From IMG/VR virus record IMGVR_UViG_3300020037_002731, positions 1-64,000 of that record: 64,000 nucleotides of DNA. One strand, written 5' to 3'. The notes beneath the pieces were generated by a model, which did not search any database, was not told the DNA's origin, and saw only the letters and a program-made list of their open reading frames with translations. The position numbers were made by a program, and so were the translations under genes. This DNA is from a virus (Duplodnaviria; Caudoviricetes). Of the stretch, positions 44,401 through 53,855 are shown one piece after another. The stretch's first letter is position 1. The number at the start of each line of letters is the position of its first letter.

Positions 44401-45654
44401 ATCATCACTACTATAACCTACTTGTGAATCCCATGTTGCAGGAACAATAGCTTCTCCATACTGGTCTAATATTTCTGTAAAAGGATCTCCATTACTTCTA
44501 GTATTTAATTCTCTCCCAGGAATATGATAAGTACAAGTCTTTTCTCCTGTATTGTACACAAGTCTAATTCCAATAGGGTAAATTTCATCCTTCATTAAAC
44601 TCATTAAGTTATAATAAGGATGATTTTTATTGTAATAATCTGTAGCAAGTACTCTATAAGTTACCCATTGTACTTGAATATCATTTGCAAATGGTTGATA
44701 ATTAGGCACTTCTTTACCATGAATATTGTACCATTGAGCAATACCTGTAGTATTTTGAACTCCTTTAAATCTCTCATAAATAGTAGGAACTGCTACAATC
44801 TCTTGTACTGTAATATCAGTACTACTATTTTCATTGCCATTATAATTATAAGTACTAGTAGTTACTGGTAAAGTAATAATGAATTGAGCACTTGATACTC
44901 CATTAATGTACTTTATAATTCCTATATTGTAGTACTCAAAACTAGTATCTAGTCCTGTAAAAGTAAATTGAATACTTTTATTAGTACTTGTATTAGCAAT
45001 ATCTCCTGCACCATTTATATTATTTTCTCTACTAATAATATCTATTCTATTACTACTAGTACTCCAGGAAGTTAATCCATTTCCATTAGCATCTGCATAC
45101 TGTATAAATCCAAAATAAGCTCCACTTTTTAAAGCTCCATTAGTTTGTATTTCAATATCAGTACATGGAAATTCAAATTCTCTATCTATTCTAATTGCAG
45201 CACAATCAAAGGGACTTGGTATATTATCTATATCTAAATACCTTCTTGGCTCATTATTATCTGTCCAGTATGCTCTCCTACCACAATCAAAGGTTTCTTT
45301 ATAAATAGCACTAATAGGCTTATCTATTCTAAATCTAAGACATTCATCTTGTACTAAAGTTTCATAAGTACAGTTAGTTAATAAACCTATTTCAGATCCA
45401 GTATTATCACTTTTTACACTGAATATTATAAATTGGTCTAAATTATTTGTAGCAAGTCCTCCTGGATTTAAAATAAATTTATCAGCAGGAATACTAGTAC
45501 ACAAATCATTACCTTCATAGTTAGTATAATAGTAAGATCCTCCTCTTAAAGAGAATTTACCATTTAAACAATATGTAATTTCACCTTCTTTTACTTGAGA
45601 AAGTTCAGCATCTAAATTTAATCCACCAATGCTAGGAGTACTAATAATTTCCAT
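41449..45654 (-). CDS. Tail muzzle/stabilization protein (crAss Tstab-like)
   Basis: 1401 aa. GGLNLD...N...N N-terminus, YWTDN.NEPRRYLD, YWES...YP, IRHHKMP, GGDTFI, WTMSYSP...WVSWYSF.P. Lies between ring/IHF genes and cargo genes. Confidence 0.85.
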   Translation of the reverse strand: MEIISTPSIGGLNLDAELSQVKEGEITYCLNGKFSLRGGSYYYTNYEGNDLCTSIPADKFILNPGGLATNNLDQFIIFSVKSDNTGSEIGLLTNCTYETLVQDECLRFRIDKPISAIYKETFDCGRRAYWTDNNEPRRYLDIDNIPSPFDCAAIRIDREFEFPCTDIEIQTNGALKSGAYFGFIQYADANGNGLTSWSTSSNRIDIISRENNINGAGDIANTSTNKSIQFTFTGLDTSFEYYNIGIIKYINGVSSAQFIITLPVTTSTYNYNGNENSSTDITVQEIVAVPTIYERFKGVQNTTGIAQWYNIHGKEVPNYQPFANDIQVQWVTYRVLATDYYNKNHPYYNLMSLMKDEIYPIGIRLVYNTGEKTCTYHIPGRELNTRSNGDPFTEILDQYGEAIVPATWDSQVGYSSDDLLTGQTNSTPRWKIYNTGEKIDFTSEYDAYILAGGSAGTYEGCYEYGEMSYWESTLTYPNIPDVWNNGVIDLAGQPIRHHKMPDCSIDHIHENLNGSATISEYPYLHILGIQCDNIQIDTTLFPDIVGYEIVIGDRTYQKSIVAKGLLFNNMEQEAPGGAANAVVPAPYIYTNWMYNDLSSFANFAQTDDALLNSFSFYSPDTTFKNTSIGSTSELKLEAEEFGTARYSGYDYSVPVSDVNTGTNTENNINFLGDIVFSTGWYNNYVLPQFTSVRREIDNKEYILNNSYQSTTLGNVNNLYRESTVMLDTTNVFLANTKPDDSKSDYTIPGIVDGDISSYYGALKNNIPNLWGNIENVTYIAPFNMCSVGRDEVNTGCLFGGDTFISFFSFHKRTLYPQYVSNIGIANTDDILNDDGEWGGDGTGGNDPFRLLYGNPVFYCESSINTNYRYSGLTNKETFYPNLDDFALQLFQFESPTNMWADVDNYYLYNSDYSTSRNFNSICTQPDSFEPDECDNHFYTRTIYSEKDQTEGTQDNWLVYLPNNYYDFNKNKGELWDVRNLSGARILYRFNNGIFIKQFNQRLETNNESTVEIGTGSLFDPEPVEIFNVDAGYVGTRSQWAFNSTPYGSFMVDDLRSMVFKFTDNFLPISNIKMSSWFNSNLKLNLLNDYPTFPNYDNPNNPNGIGFISTWDSQNKLWILTKRDFKVFDQENKPSMEEDGRFYFGEGEEKEYVDLSDTEVFINKSWTMSYSPELNVWVSWYSFIPLFYIQRTDTYLSGVDNDIYSHNSEITFNDYYTVEYPYILEIPAKSKSLVSKLNTVFWKTSCYEPTEDLENIYEYKYITFDSGYVYNNNQNTGSLVFVVNDPNIPSQTVTYPTVTGTDTNVLISTNDGIWSLNYLWDKTNNANTAISSTTSSWADTNFVTSYPIDKVINQAAINVNKNWYELKPLKGSWNKARLIFNRNDLILNTVFTIQEQNNSVRN

Positions 45655-46366
45655 ATCTTCTCTTAGGGATTCTAAATCTGTTGTACTTGTAATTTGTATT
45701 TGTAATTATGTTTCCAGCTTCTATTACACTAGGAGTTAAAAAGAATCCTTTAGCTTGACCAAAGTATTGTTTATATCTTTCCTCATGTCCTGCTAATTTA
45801 TTCCAATCATACTCTCCTAGTATTGCTGGTTCTCTAAGCCAATTCCATAGTATGTATTCTTGAATAGCTTGCTTAGTACTTTCTTCATCAGGATACATAG
45901 GTATATTTGTATCAGGATCTACTTTAAAACTTTGAGCTAAGATACTAACACAAGAATCTGTAAAGTTAAAAGTGAGGTAAGGATAATTAACACTAAAAGT
46001 AATACCTACATTTCTAGGAGCTAACCTAGTACAAGAATCACTTACTATATTACTTCTTATTCCATCTACATATCTAATAGGGTATTGAAAATTAAAAGAA
46101 TCTGTAATTAAGGAATTACACCTATTTTTATAAACTCCATCAATGATCTTAATTTCTGTAGGTAATTTTACCTTATTATTCTCTATACTAAGATTATAGA
46201 TTTGAGGTTCAGTACTTCCAGCACCTAGTTGTCTAAGTACATATACAGCCCAATTAATAGCATCACTTTTATTCAAAGTGAATTTATCATTAAGTCTAGG
46301 ATACAATCCTATTATCTCATTAACTAAGAGATCAGTTTTCTTGTATTCAAAAAGCTCATTGTTCAT
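45641..46366 (-). CDS. Tail ring (tubular) protein, crAss Ttub-like
   Basis: 241 aa immediately upstream of the muzzle gene; D..I.W...L..LG, IP.YPD...AI..YI.W pattern. Confidence 0.7.
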   Translation of the reverse strand: MNNELFEYKKTDLLVNEIIGLYPRLNDKFTLNKSDAINWAVYVLRQLGAGSTEPQIYNLSIENNKVKLPTEIKIIDGVYKNRCNSLITDSFNFQYPIRYVDGIRSNIVSDSCTRLAPRNVGITFSVNYPYLTFNFTDSCVSILAQSFKVDPDTNIPMYPDEESTKQAIQEYILWNWLREPAILGEYDWNKLAGHEERYKQYFGQAKGFFLTPSVIEAGNIITNTNYKYNRFRIPKRRYGNY

Positions 46367-46773
46367 ACTATGAGATAATTATACTCTTTGGATTTGATTT
46401 TCTTTGCAAGAGATCTTGAAAAGGTTCTTGTTGGAATAAATTTATAGATATTACTTATTTTATAATTAGGTTGAATCCAGCTAAATCTAAATCTAATACC
46501 TTCAGAATGATCATTAAAAATGTAAATTCTTTTCTTATGTATTTGACTTAATCTTTTATCTACTGTTCTTGTATTTGTTTTAGTTCCTGTAATCTTTAAT
46601 CTTCCCATCTTAGGAACTTTATACCCAAAGTAATTTGTTAGTACTTTATCTTGAATACATTGATTAAAATCAGATATTATTTTAGTCCAAAGTGTTTGTT
46701 TAATCTCTAATTTTAGATCTTTCTTAGCTTGTAAATAGAAACTAGTAGTTCTGTAATCTGTTGTGCTTGGCAT
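46363..46773 (-). CDS. crAss-type IHF/HU-like DNA-binding protein
   Basis: VPKMGRLKI...NDHSEG.RFRFSW...YKFIPTR...R.LAK.IK; syntenic position. Confidence 0.7.
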   Translation of the reverse strand: MPSTTDYRTTSFYLQAKKDLKLEIKQTLWTKIISDFNQCIQDKVLTNYFGYKVPKMGRLKITGTKTNTRTVDKRLSQIHKKRIYIFNDHSEGIRFRFSWIQPNYKISNIYKFIPTRTFSRSLAKKIKSKEYNYLIV

Positions 46774-46783
46774 AATTTAATTA

Positions 46784-47014
46784 TCATTCTTTTATATTTT
46801 TATGAAATGATTTCCAATTCCATTCTTTAGAAGCATAAAATGGAACTAGTTTCTCATTAACATAGCTATAAGCTACTATTTCCATATCTTTTAATTTCTC
46901 TTTTTGTAATCTATCATTTTCTGTTTCTAACCATAATCTATGTAGCTCAAAATTAGTTTTTGAAAGATTAAAATATTTATTCTTTAAATTATGGTTTGCA
47001 TAAACTGAATCCAT
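46784..47014 (-). CDS. Hypothetical protein
   Basis: 76-aa ORF. Confidence 0.6.
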   Translation of the reverse strand: MDSVYANHNLKNKYFNLSKTNFELHRLWLETENDRLQKEKLKDMEIVAYSYVNEKLVPFYASKEWNWKSFHKNIKE

Positions 47015-47736
47015 TATTCTTCTGATTTTAATTTATTAGGTAAGGCTGGAGCTGAATCATTCCTAGCATTGTTCTCTTTATCTTCATAAGCTATTCCATA
47101 AAATTGAGCTATTTCAATACAAGTAGCTTTTCTAATTGCATCCCATAAATCTCCATGAACATTAAACTCTAGCTCTAAATAAGGACTAGGACAAGTTTCT
47201 TGTATTAGTACTCCACAAGAGTCATAAGTTTTGCAAGTATTGAGTAATTCTACTTCTATAGGATCTTCTGCTATCAATCTTAATTTAACTCCTAAGATAT
47301 TTCCATTAACTATTAAGTAATCATTGCTTTGAGTAGCATCTGGAATTGGAGATTTATATTTCTGATTTCTTGAATTAATCATTTTATCAAGATCTACTAT
47401 TTGAATTATTTCTCCATTATCTAGAGTATAAACTTTAACTGCTGGTTTTCCAGTATTATAGTCCATACTTGCAGGTAATTTAAATTTAGATTTAGAAACT
47501 ATTTGATTAAATACTATTCCACAGCACTCTGAAGTATCTGATAACTCCATAGGAAAACAATAGATTGTTTGAAATGCCGAAGTATTAAATAAGTACCCTT
47601 TATTTAATTCTCTTCCATATATGAGGCATCTTTTCGATTTTATAACACTGTAAATAAATCTATTAGACGGTGTACTATCGTCTGAATTTAATTTTAATTC
47701 ATTCCTTATGGCGTAGATTGCTTCAGAAACTTTCAT
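47014..47736 (-). CDS. Tail ring/connector protein
   Basis: 240 aa; E.IY.IR..L...SDD...NR.I..VI...R, ED.ENNAR pattern; syntenic with crAss ring genes. Confidence 0.7.
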   Translation of the reverse strand: MKVSEAIYAIRNELKLNSDDSTPSNRFIYSVIKSKRCLIYGRELNKGYLFNTSAFQTIYCFPMELSDTSECCGIVFNQIVSKSKFKLPASMDYNTGKPAVKVYTLDNGEIIQIVDLDKMINSRNQKYKSPIPDATQSNDYLIVNGNILGVKLRLIAEDPIEVELLNTCKTYDSCGVLIQETCPSPYLELEFNVHGDLWDAIRKATCIEIAQFYGIAYEDKENNARNDSAPALPNKLKSEE

Positions 47737-48437
47737 ACAATTATATATTTATTTCTATTATTATCATATAAATTTACAGATCTATTATATTTCTTTGCTT
47801 TATTTTTCTCTATTCCAATGTAACTTCTATTCTTTTCTAAGAACCTTGCACAATCTGAATTAGATTCAAATTGAAAAATCTCTTCTGTATTAAGATTTTT
47901 AATTTTAATCTCTGCCTTACTCCCCCTTATTTTGTGAGGTACTAATTTATTTAATTTATCTACTTTATAAAATTTAAATCTAAAACCTCCTGATGTTTGT
48001 GTTTTCTCTAAACAACACACACTTATATTATGTGAAATTATATTTAATTTTCTTCCCGCTTCCATTATTGTTTTAAATTCCTGTATATAATTACCATTCA
48101 AATCATATTGATAAACCTTCTTTCCCTCTCTATCATATCCATTTCCTCCTTTTAAAATATTGTACCCTATATTTCTATTAGTGCTATTGTATAATTGTAT
48201 ATAATGAATTTCTAATTCATCTAGTAATTGTCTATTAAAGTTTCCACTTTTAATAATATCAAATTTAAAATTATCCTTTCCATACTTCCTTATTGCATTT
48301 AAAACTAAAGATTTTTTATTCTTTTTATTAACAGCTTCATAAATATGTCTAATAAATCTATCTTTTGGATTTTTAATAGTCTGTCCTATATAAATCTTTC
48401 CATTTATTAAGTTAGTTATTTTATAGATAGATTCCAT
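47733..48437 (-). CDS. GIY-YIG homing endonuclease with NUMOD1-like domain
   Basis: SIYKITNLINGKIYIGQT...RF..H...E...I..YN....GYN...GG; KVYQYDLNG...F..I.EA. Confidence 0.92.
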   Translation of the reverse strand: MESIYKITNLINGKIYIGQTIKNPKDRFIRHIYEAVNKKNKKSLVLNAIRKYGKDNFKFDIIKSGNFNRQLLDELEIHYIQLYNSTNRNIGYNILKGGNGYDREGKKVYQYDLNGNYIQEFKTIMEAGRKLNIISHNISVCCLEKTQTSGGFRFKFYKVDKLNKLVPHKIRGSKAEIKIKNLNTEEIFQFESNSDCARFLEKNRSYIGIEKNKAKKYNRSVNLYDNNRNKYIIV

Positions 48438-48875
48438 TTAAGTATTATTTATTGTTGTTGATCCAACTGTACTACAAAAAACATCATAAGGAGGATTATA
48501 AGGATAAGGATTAGTGTAAGGATTAATATAAGGAACATAAGGAGTAAAGGGAATACATGGGGCATCTTCCAAAGATTTATTCCTATTCTTAAGTCTTAGA
48601 TTCTCTAATTGTAGCTCATTATTCATATCTTCCATTAACCTAACCTTATCAGTTAATCTTAATACTTCTTTAGTTTGTTTAGCACAATCTTCTCTAAGTT
48701 CTTTCCAATCTTGTACTAAAGCTTTAATTCCAGTATCTTGAGATTGTAAATCTTCTCCTAGTTCTTTAATATCATTGTATAATTCTGAATTTACTTTATT
48801 CAATTCTCTAATTACTTGTATTTGTTTTTTAATTATTTCTTCTTTATTTTTTATTTGATTGTATAAATCATTCAT
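48438..48875 (-). CDS. Coiled-coil hypothetical protein with Pro/Tyr-rich tail
   Basis: Heptad-rich region then PFTPYVPYINPYTNPYPYNPPY. Confidence 0.65.
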   Translation of the reverse strand: MNDLYNQIKNKEEIIKKQIQVIRELNKVNSELYNDIKELGEDLQSQDTGIKALVQDWKELREDCAKQTKEVLRLTDKVRLMEDMNNELQLENLRLKNRNKSLEDAPCIPFTPYVPYINPYTNPYPYNPPYDVFCSTVGSTTINNT

Positions 48876-49471
48876 AAGAATCTTAAATTAGTTTCATTAA
48901 ATTTTTTGTTATGCAGCATCTTAAGTAACATTCCCCTTTTTATATTATTTAAATCAGAAGCATCAGTTATTGAATCATATACTTCACTAGTTATAATATT
49001 AATAACCTTTTTGCCCCTTAATCTTGCAGCAGTTTTCTTTTGGGATACTCTAGCTTTTTCTATCGTTTCCTTACTCCTTTTTATTCCTTTAGTCCATGTA
49101 TTTAATCCTTTATGAGTTTTAGATTGTCTTTCTCTTAATTCTTTACTCCATACTCTTTTAGTTTGTCCATCCCCACCATCAGTTAAATTCACCAATATTC
49201 CTAATCCTAAATCTTTTCTTCCATATAATTTTATTAATTCTATTTCTTTTTCACAAGCTTCTTTCCATGTTAAATTATCTAGAATTATATCTACCCTATA
49301 TTCTGTTTTATTTACTATGTTATTCCAAAATATACTTCGTCTAGTATTACATAACGCTCTTTTATATTCTTCTGAATATCCATAGAAATCGTCCATCTTA
49401 GTTCCAATTCCAATATAAAAAGGTTCATTTTTATCAAGTCTAATATGTCTATAGATATAACAATTATTCAT
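48872..49471 (-). CDS. GIY-YIG homing endonuclease (NUMOD3-like)
   Basis: YIYRHIRLDKNEPFYIGIG...R...E..LI..YGR.....G.L.NLTDGGDG. Confidence 0.9.
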   Translation of the reverse strand: MNNCYIYRHIRLDKNEPFYIGIGTKMDDFYGYSEEYKRALCNTRRSIFWNNIVNKTEYRVDIILDNLTWKEACEKEIELIKLYGRKDLGLGILVNLTDGGDGQTKRVWSKELRERQSKTHKGLNTWTKGIKRSKETIEKARVSQKKTAARLRGKKVINIITSEVYDSITDASDLNNIKRGMLLKMLHNKKFNETNLRFL

Positions 49472-49709
49472 CTAATTTTCTTATTTTTAACTTCCATAAT
49501 TCTTTACTTAATTTAGTACTTAAAGATACTACTTCTTCTTCTGTTAAGTTTGGTTTAAAGGCATGTAAAAACTCATGAATTGCAATCTCTAAATATTTCT
49601 TACCCTTAAGTCTTTCATCTAAAACTATTGTATGATCTTCTGGATAATAAATTCCATGAGCTTGTTCCTTACCAAGTTTTCTATGTAGTATCTTTAACCT
49701 TTTTGCCAT
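49464..49709 (-). CDS. Minimal zincin-like (SprT/ImmA-type) metallopeptidase
   Basis: A.G.Y......I.LD..L....LEIAIHEFLH...EE. Confidence 0.7.
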   Translation of the reverse strand: MAKRLKILHRKLGKEQAHGIYYPEDHTIVLDERLKGKKYLEIAIHEFLHAFKPNLTEEEVVSLSTKLSKELWKLKIRKLDE

Positions 49710-49992
49710 TTTTCTTAATCTTCTTTTTAAGTACTTTAGCGTTTTTAATTTGTTTTTTACTCTTCTTTACTGAATCTAAGTGAAAAAATCTATTGTTAAT
49801 TCCTTCTCTAGCATGTACATAAGTTCCATTTATATCTGTTATGTACTGTACAAAATCAAACTCTCTGGTACTTTCTACATCTGCCTGATTTATTTTATCT
49901 CCTTTGATTAGAAACTTCTCTTCATCAGTTAGATTTATGTACTTATTCCTAGTTAATTTCCCCTTCTCCTTGACTTCCTTTATCTTTGACAT
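49681..49992 (-). CDS. Hypothetical basic protein
   Basis: 103-aa ORF. Confidence 0.55.
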   Translation of the reverse strand: MSKIKEVKEKGKLTRNKYINLTDEEKFLIKGDKINQADVESTREFDFVQYITDINGTYVHAREGINNRFFHLDSVKKSKKQIKNAKVLKKKIKKNGKKVKDTT

Positions 49993-50185
49993 AAATTACA
50001 AATGGTTTTTCATAACTTGATATTACTATTAATCCTTTAGGAGTATTAAATTCCCATCTAAATTCTTTATCATACTTAGTTAATGCTTTAAGTTGCATTT
50101 TCTGTCTATAATGAAGATTAATACTTTGTTTAGCTAATTCTGTTTTAATCTTATTTCTTAGAACTAAATTCTCTTTTATAATCAT
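49949..50185 (-). CDS. Hypothetical protein
   Basis: 78-aa ORF. Confidence 0.55.
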   Translation of the reverse strand: MIIKENLVLRNKIKTELAKQSINLHYRQKMQLKALTKYDKEFRWEFNTPKGLIVISSYEKPFVIYVKDKGSQGEGEIN

Positions 50186-51030
50186 ACATTAATAAGTATT
50201 GGCTGTTTATCTAAAATTACTGCAACACTATTTACCCAAGGTTTAAGTTGCATTTTTGCATAGTCAAATACTGCTTTACTCTTATCACATAAAGAACCTA
50301 CTTGCATTGCAAATACTCCATCTTTAATATAATTAATATAACATTCACTATGCCTATGCCCTTGTACTGTACTTTGATTTCTATACAATGATACTTTATC
50401 TGCTGAATCTACTTCTCCATGATTGAAATATATTCCATTACTTTCATACTCTGGAGTAAAATTCCAATTAGGCACACCTAATACATCTTTTAAATCTCTT
50501 AACCAAATACTAGGAATTTGAGCTATCTTAGCTAATTTAATTAATCTACTCTGATCATGATTACCTATCAGTACAGTAGCTTGTGGAAATGCTTTGTACC
50601 AAGCTTTAATTTTTTCTTTAGCAATTTCTACTTCTGTCAATGCATTACTATTATAATTAACATCTTTTTGAAATATACTCAAGAAATAATTATCTACTAT
50701 ATCCCCAATAAAAATAACTTCTGTACACTTATATTTATTTTTAATTTGTATACATTTTTCTAAAGCATTTGGTATTTCACAAGGAATATGTAGATCTGAA
50801 ATAACTAGTATATTATTTATCTCTCCTTCATATTTATGAAAGGATACAATAGCTTCAAATCCTTCAGTTTCTCTTTTAGGTTTTAATCCAGCATTTTCTC
50901 TTTTAATATCTTCTATAATCTCTGATGCTTTTGCTTCTGTAATATTAAACTTATTAGCATACCAAAAAGCTCCTTTTTTATACTTGAACATTCTTTCTGA
51001 TATAAACTGTTTAATTTCTAATTCTGTCAT
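50182..51030 (-). CDS. Calcineurin-like metallophosphoesterase
   Basis: SDLH, GDIVD, GNHD, HG, GHRH motifs. Confidence 0.9.
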   Translation of the reverse strand: MTELEIKQFISERMFKYKKGAFWYANKFNITEAKASEIIEDIKRENAGLKPKRETEGFEAIVSFHKYEGEINNILVISDLHIPCEIPNALEKCIQIKNKYKCTEVIFIGDIVDNYFLSIFQKDVNYNSNALTEVEIAKEKIKAWYKAFPQATVLIGNHDQSRLIKLAKIAQIPSIWLRDLKDVLGVPNWNFTPEYESNGIYFNHGEVDSADKVSLYRNQSTVQGHRHSECYINYIKDGVFAMQVGSLCDKSKAVFDYAKMQLKPWVNSVAVILDKQPILINV

Positions 51031-51061
51031 ATTAATTTTTTAGGTTAAATTCTTAATACAT

Positions 51062-51093
51062 CAAAGGTATGTAAAACATTTGGATAATCCAAA
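51062..51093 (-). promoter_or_regulatory. Bacteroidota sigma70-type promoter for the phosphoesterase cassette
   Basis: TTTG-gattatccaaatgttttaca(20 nt)-TACCTTTG. Confidence 0.8.
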
Positions 51094-51097
51094 TTTC

Positions 51098-51301
51098 CTA
51101 TTTTACCATTACTTCCACTTCTTCAACTTCTTGACTTTCAGGCTTTTCTGCCAATTGCTTGTTAATCTGAATTTGAATGTCTTGAATAATGTGAAAAGTA
51201 TCTTTGAATTTCCCTTCACTTAGCAATAACAAAATTGTATTAATTTTATTTATTGCTGTTCCCATTTGATCATCTTTGAATTCTAAGTTTAATGTTTTCA
51301 T
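51098..51301 (-). CDS. Small protein after the tail fibre gene (possible fibre chaperone)
   Basis: 67 aa, amphipathic helices; positional inference. Confidence 0.5.
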   Translation of the reverse strand: MKTLNLEFKDDQMGTAINKINTILLLLSEGKFKDTFHIIQDIQIQINKQLAEKPESQEVEEVEVMVK

Positions 51302-51322
51302 TTTTCTATTTTTAAGTTAAGT

Positions 51323-53830
51323 TTAAACTGCATTTGCACTTCTTGATACTTCTAACCAATTTGTGCCATCATATACTAATGTTAGTACTGTTGGATTTTT
51401 TGATATTACAAAATCTACTCCTGCTGCAAGTTTCATTGTAGCTGTATTAGCTCCTCCTGCTGTATTATGCTTTACTGTAGGAGTTCCTGTAAATATAAGT
51501 CTAATAACACTACCAGCTTGCCAATCTGTTGTTGTAATAGCATTTATAGTAGTGTTTCCAGTAATAGTAAATGAATTACCATCCATAAGTAGTACTAAAT
51601 CCCCTGCTGCTACTGCATTAGTTCCTTTAGCTTGTTCTAATCTATTAGAAACTACTGTTCTATTAGTATTAACAGAAAACATTGTTCCTACTATTGGTAA
51701 TTTAAGTTGATGAATACCATTAGTATTATCAATGTAAATATGAGTAGTATTATTTTGTAAGTTACCTACTTGAGTAAATCCAGCACCAGCTATACCACTA
51801 CCATCTGCTTTTATACCAAATATTTCAGCAGCACCACTTTTCCTAGCCTGTATTTGTATAGTTTCTTCTGCCATGAAAAGATAACTTGCACTTTGAGTGC
51901 CAAAGATATAATCATGATTAACTGCATCTGCATAAAGATAGTAATCTGTAGCATCTTGAACTCCTAATAAATCATTAGCTTCATCAAAAGTAAATTTAGG
52001 ATCACTAGTTATTCCACTTCCTGTTCCATATCCAACTTCAGTAATAGGTAGTGAAACAGCACTTAATGGGTTAATCCATGAAAGTACACCACTTCCATTA
52101 GTTTTAAGAATGTATCCTGAAGTTCCATCTGCTGTAGGTAAAGTATAAATTACATTTCCTGCTAAAGCATCTGGAGCTTTAAATCCAGTATAGTTACTTC
52201 CTCCTGCTGCAAGTTCTAAAAATCTTAGTTCATGAGTTTGTCCTGCTAAAGTTCCATAAGGAGAAAAAGCAGTGCTGTTATAATCTACCGTTATTCTAAC
52301 AATTGGAGCTTGTAAACTACTTGAAGAAATTCCAGCAATACCTGTTTCTATTAAAAATTTTCCTGGAGTGCCAGAGCCAGTTCCTAATCCAGGAACAATT
52401 GAAAAATCTCCTCCAGATATATCAGTTCCATTTGCCACAGTTCCTCCTAAAGCAATACTACCTGGAGTTGAGCTTCTATATCCTTCCCCTATATATACTC
52501 TGGTTATTGGAGCATCAAAAGCCCCTATTACTAATTGATTATTACCATAAATTTCAGCATTGTACCCTAAAGCTATACTATTATCCCAAATTCCATTACT
52601 ACTAGTTTCAGAGCCTAAAAAAGTATTTTGATTACCTATTGCATCTTTTCCTGCATCCTTACCTATATAGCAACAATCATCTCCAAATGCATTTTCACCA
52701 GCATGTGCTCCAATTGCTGTACAAGCCCAAGAAGATACTGCATCATTCATAGCATAATATCCAATAGCTGTATTAGAACTAGCTAAACCTAAGTCAATAT
52801 TTTGTAAAGCATTTTGTCCCCAAGATGTATTTTTATTATTACTTACAGTAGTTAAACTATATAAGTCTCCTGTTCTATATATATTTCCATCTCTTCTGTA
52901 TTCAAAAGAATGAGTTTGATCATAATTTTCTAAGTACAAAATACTTTGGTCAAGTATTACTGTATTAGTACCCATTACATGAAGTTTGCCTAATGGAGTA
53001 TTATCTATACCTATTCCTACTTGTCTAGTAGTAAACATTCTAAATATCTCATTAGTAAAAGTTATGAAAGCTACATCAAAGTTATCATTACTTCCTACTG
53101 TTTTGACAGCCCCAGTTTCATTACCATCAACTAACCAAGATAATTTATTACCTCCAAGTATTCCTTTTTGATATATTATATTATCAGCACCTATTGTAGG
53201 TGAAGTTATAATTTGATTAAAATAATTACCTCCATAAGTAGTTCCTGTTTTTGTGTAGTTAGCAAATGCAACTTGATCATTTAATTCAGCACTAGTATCA
53301 CTATCAGTACTTCTAGTCCAAGCTCCAGCTTGCATTATATAAATACCATTCTCTGTTTTAAGTGTTTGTTTCCATACAAGTACTTTTGTTGTACCAGCAA
53401 CACCTACAATAGTATCTATTGTTTGTGCCCCACTTAATGTTATATTTGCTGTTGTTACAGCATCTACAATAACTAAGTTACTATCAGGGAATAAAAAAGT
53501 AGGAATAAGTCTTACATCAGCAGTATTAGCTGAAGGTTGAGTAACTATAAATCCTGAATCTTGATTAAATCTTAATAGATTAGTAGCTGCATAACTAGGA
53601 GAACCATCAACTTCAGATACAGTTAAACCATTACCAGCATCTATTAAAGAATAAAAATTACATACAGCACTGCCCAAAGCATTTAATACATCAGTCAAGT
53701 TATCTCCTGAAGACATATTAATACATGAAATACTACTAAGTACTGATACACAATCTGAAGATACAATATCTTCACATCCTGTACAAGGACTACATGAGTT
53801 TGTATTAGAATTTGAGCAATTATTTGCCAT
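51323..53830 (-). CDS. Tail fibre/spike protein
   Basis: Cys-rich N-terminal module, TTANITLSG.QTID...VLV..Q...ENGIY...AW.R.D fibre domain, and TAA-like NTAIG/NTFLG/SIALG repeats. Start MANNC at 53830. Confidence 0.85.
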   Translation of the reverse strand: MANNCSNSNTNSCSPCTGCEDIVSSDCVSVLSSISCINMSSGDNLTDVLNALGSAVCNFYSLIDAGNGLTVSEVDGSPSYAATNLLRFNQDSGFIVTQPSANTADVRLIPTFLFPDSNLVIVDAVTTANITLSGAQTIDTIVGVAGTTKVLVWKQTLKTENGIYIMQAGAWTRSTDSDTSAELNDQVAFANYTKTGTTYGGNYFNQIITSPTIGADNIIYQKGILGGNKLSWLVDGNETGAVKTVGSNDNFDVAFITFTNEIFRMFTTRQVGIGIDNTPLGKLHVMGTNTVILDQSILYLENYDQTHSFEYRRDGNIYRTGDLYSLTTVSNNKNTSWGQNALQNIDLGLASSNTAIGYYAMNDAVSSWACTAIGAHAGENAFGDDCCYIGKDAGKDAIGNQNTFLGSETSSNGIWDNSIALGYNAEIYGNNQLVIGAFDAPITRVYIGEGYRSSTPGSIALGGTVANGTDISGGDFSIVPGLGTGSGTPGKFLIETGIAGISSSSLQAPIVRITVDYNSTAFSPYGTLAGQTHELRFLELAAGGSNYTGFKAPDALAGNVIYTLPTADGTSGYILKTNGSGVLSWINPLSAVSLPITEVGYGTGSGITSDPKFTFDEANDLLGVQDATDYYLYADAVNHDYIFGTQSASYLFMAEETIQIQARKSGAAEIFGIKADGSGIAGAGFTQVGNLQNNTTHIYIDNTNGIHQLKLPIVGTMFSVNTNRTVVSNRLEQAKGTNAVAAGDLVLLMDGNSFTITGNTTINAITTTDWQAGSVIRLIFTGTPTVKHNTAGGANTATMKLAAGVDFVISKNPTVLTLVYDGTNWLEVSRSANAV

Positions 53831-53855
53831 TATAATATATTTATGTATTTTATTT

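Noticed and set aside
22344-49471. GIY-YIG genes as group I intron-encoded ORFs
   Set aside because: They abut neighbouring genes with 0-70 nt of spacing, leaving no room for a ribozyme core, and one has its own promoter. They are treated as free-standing.
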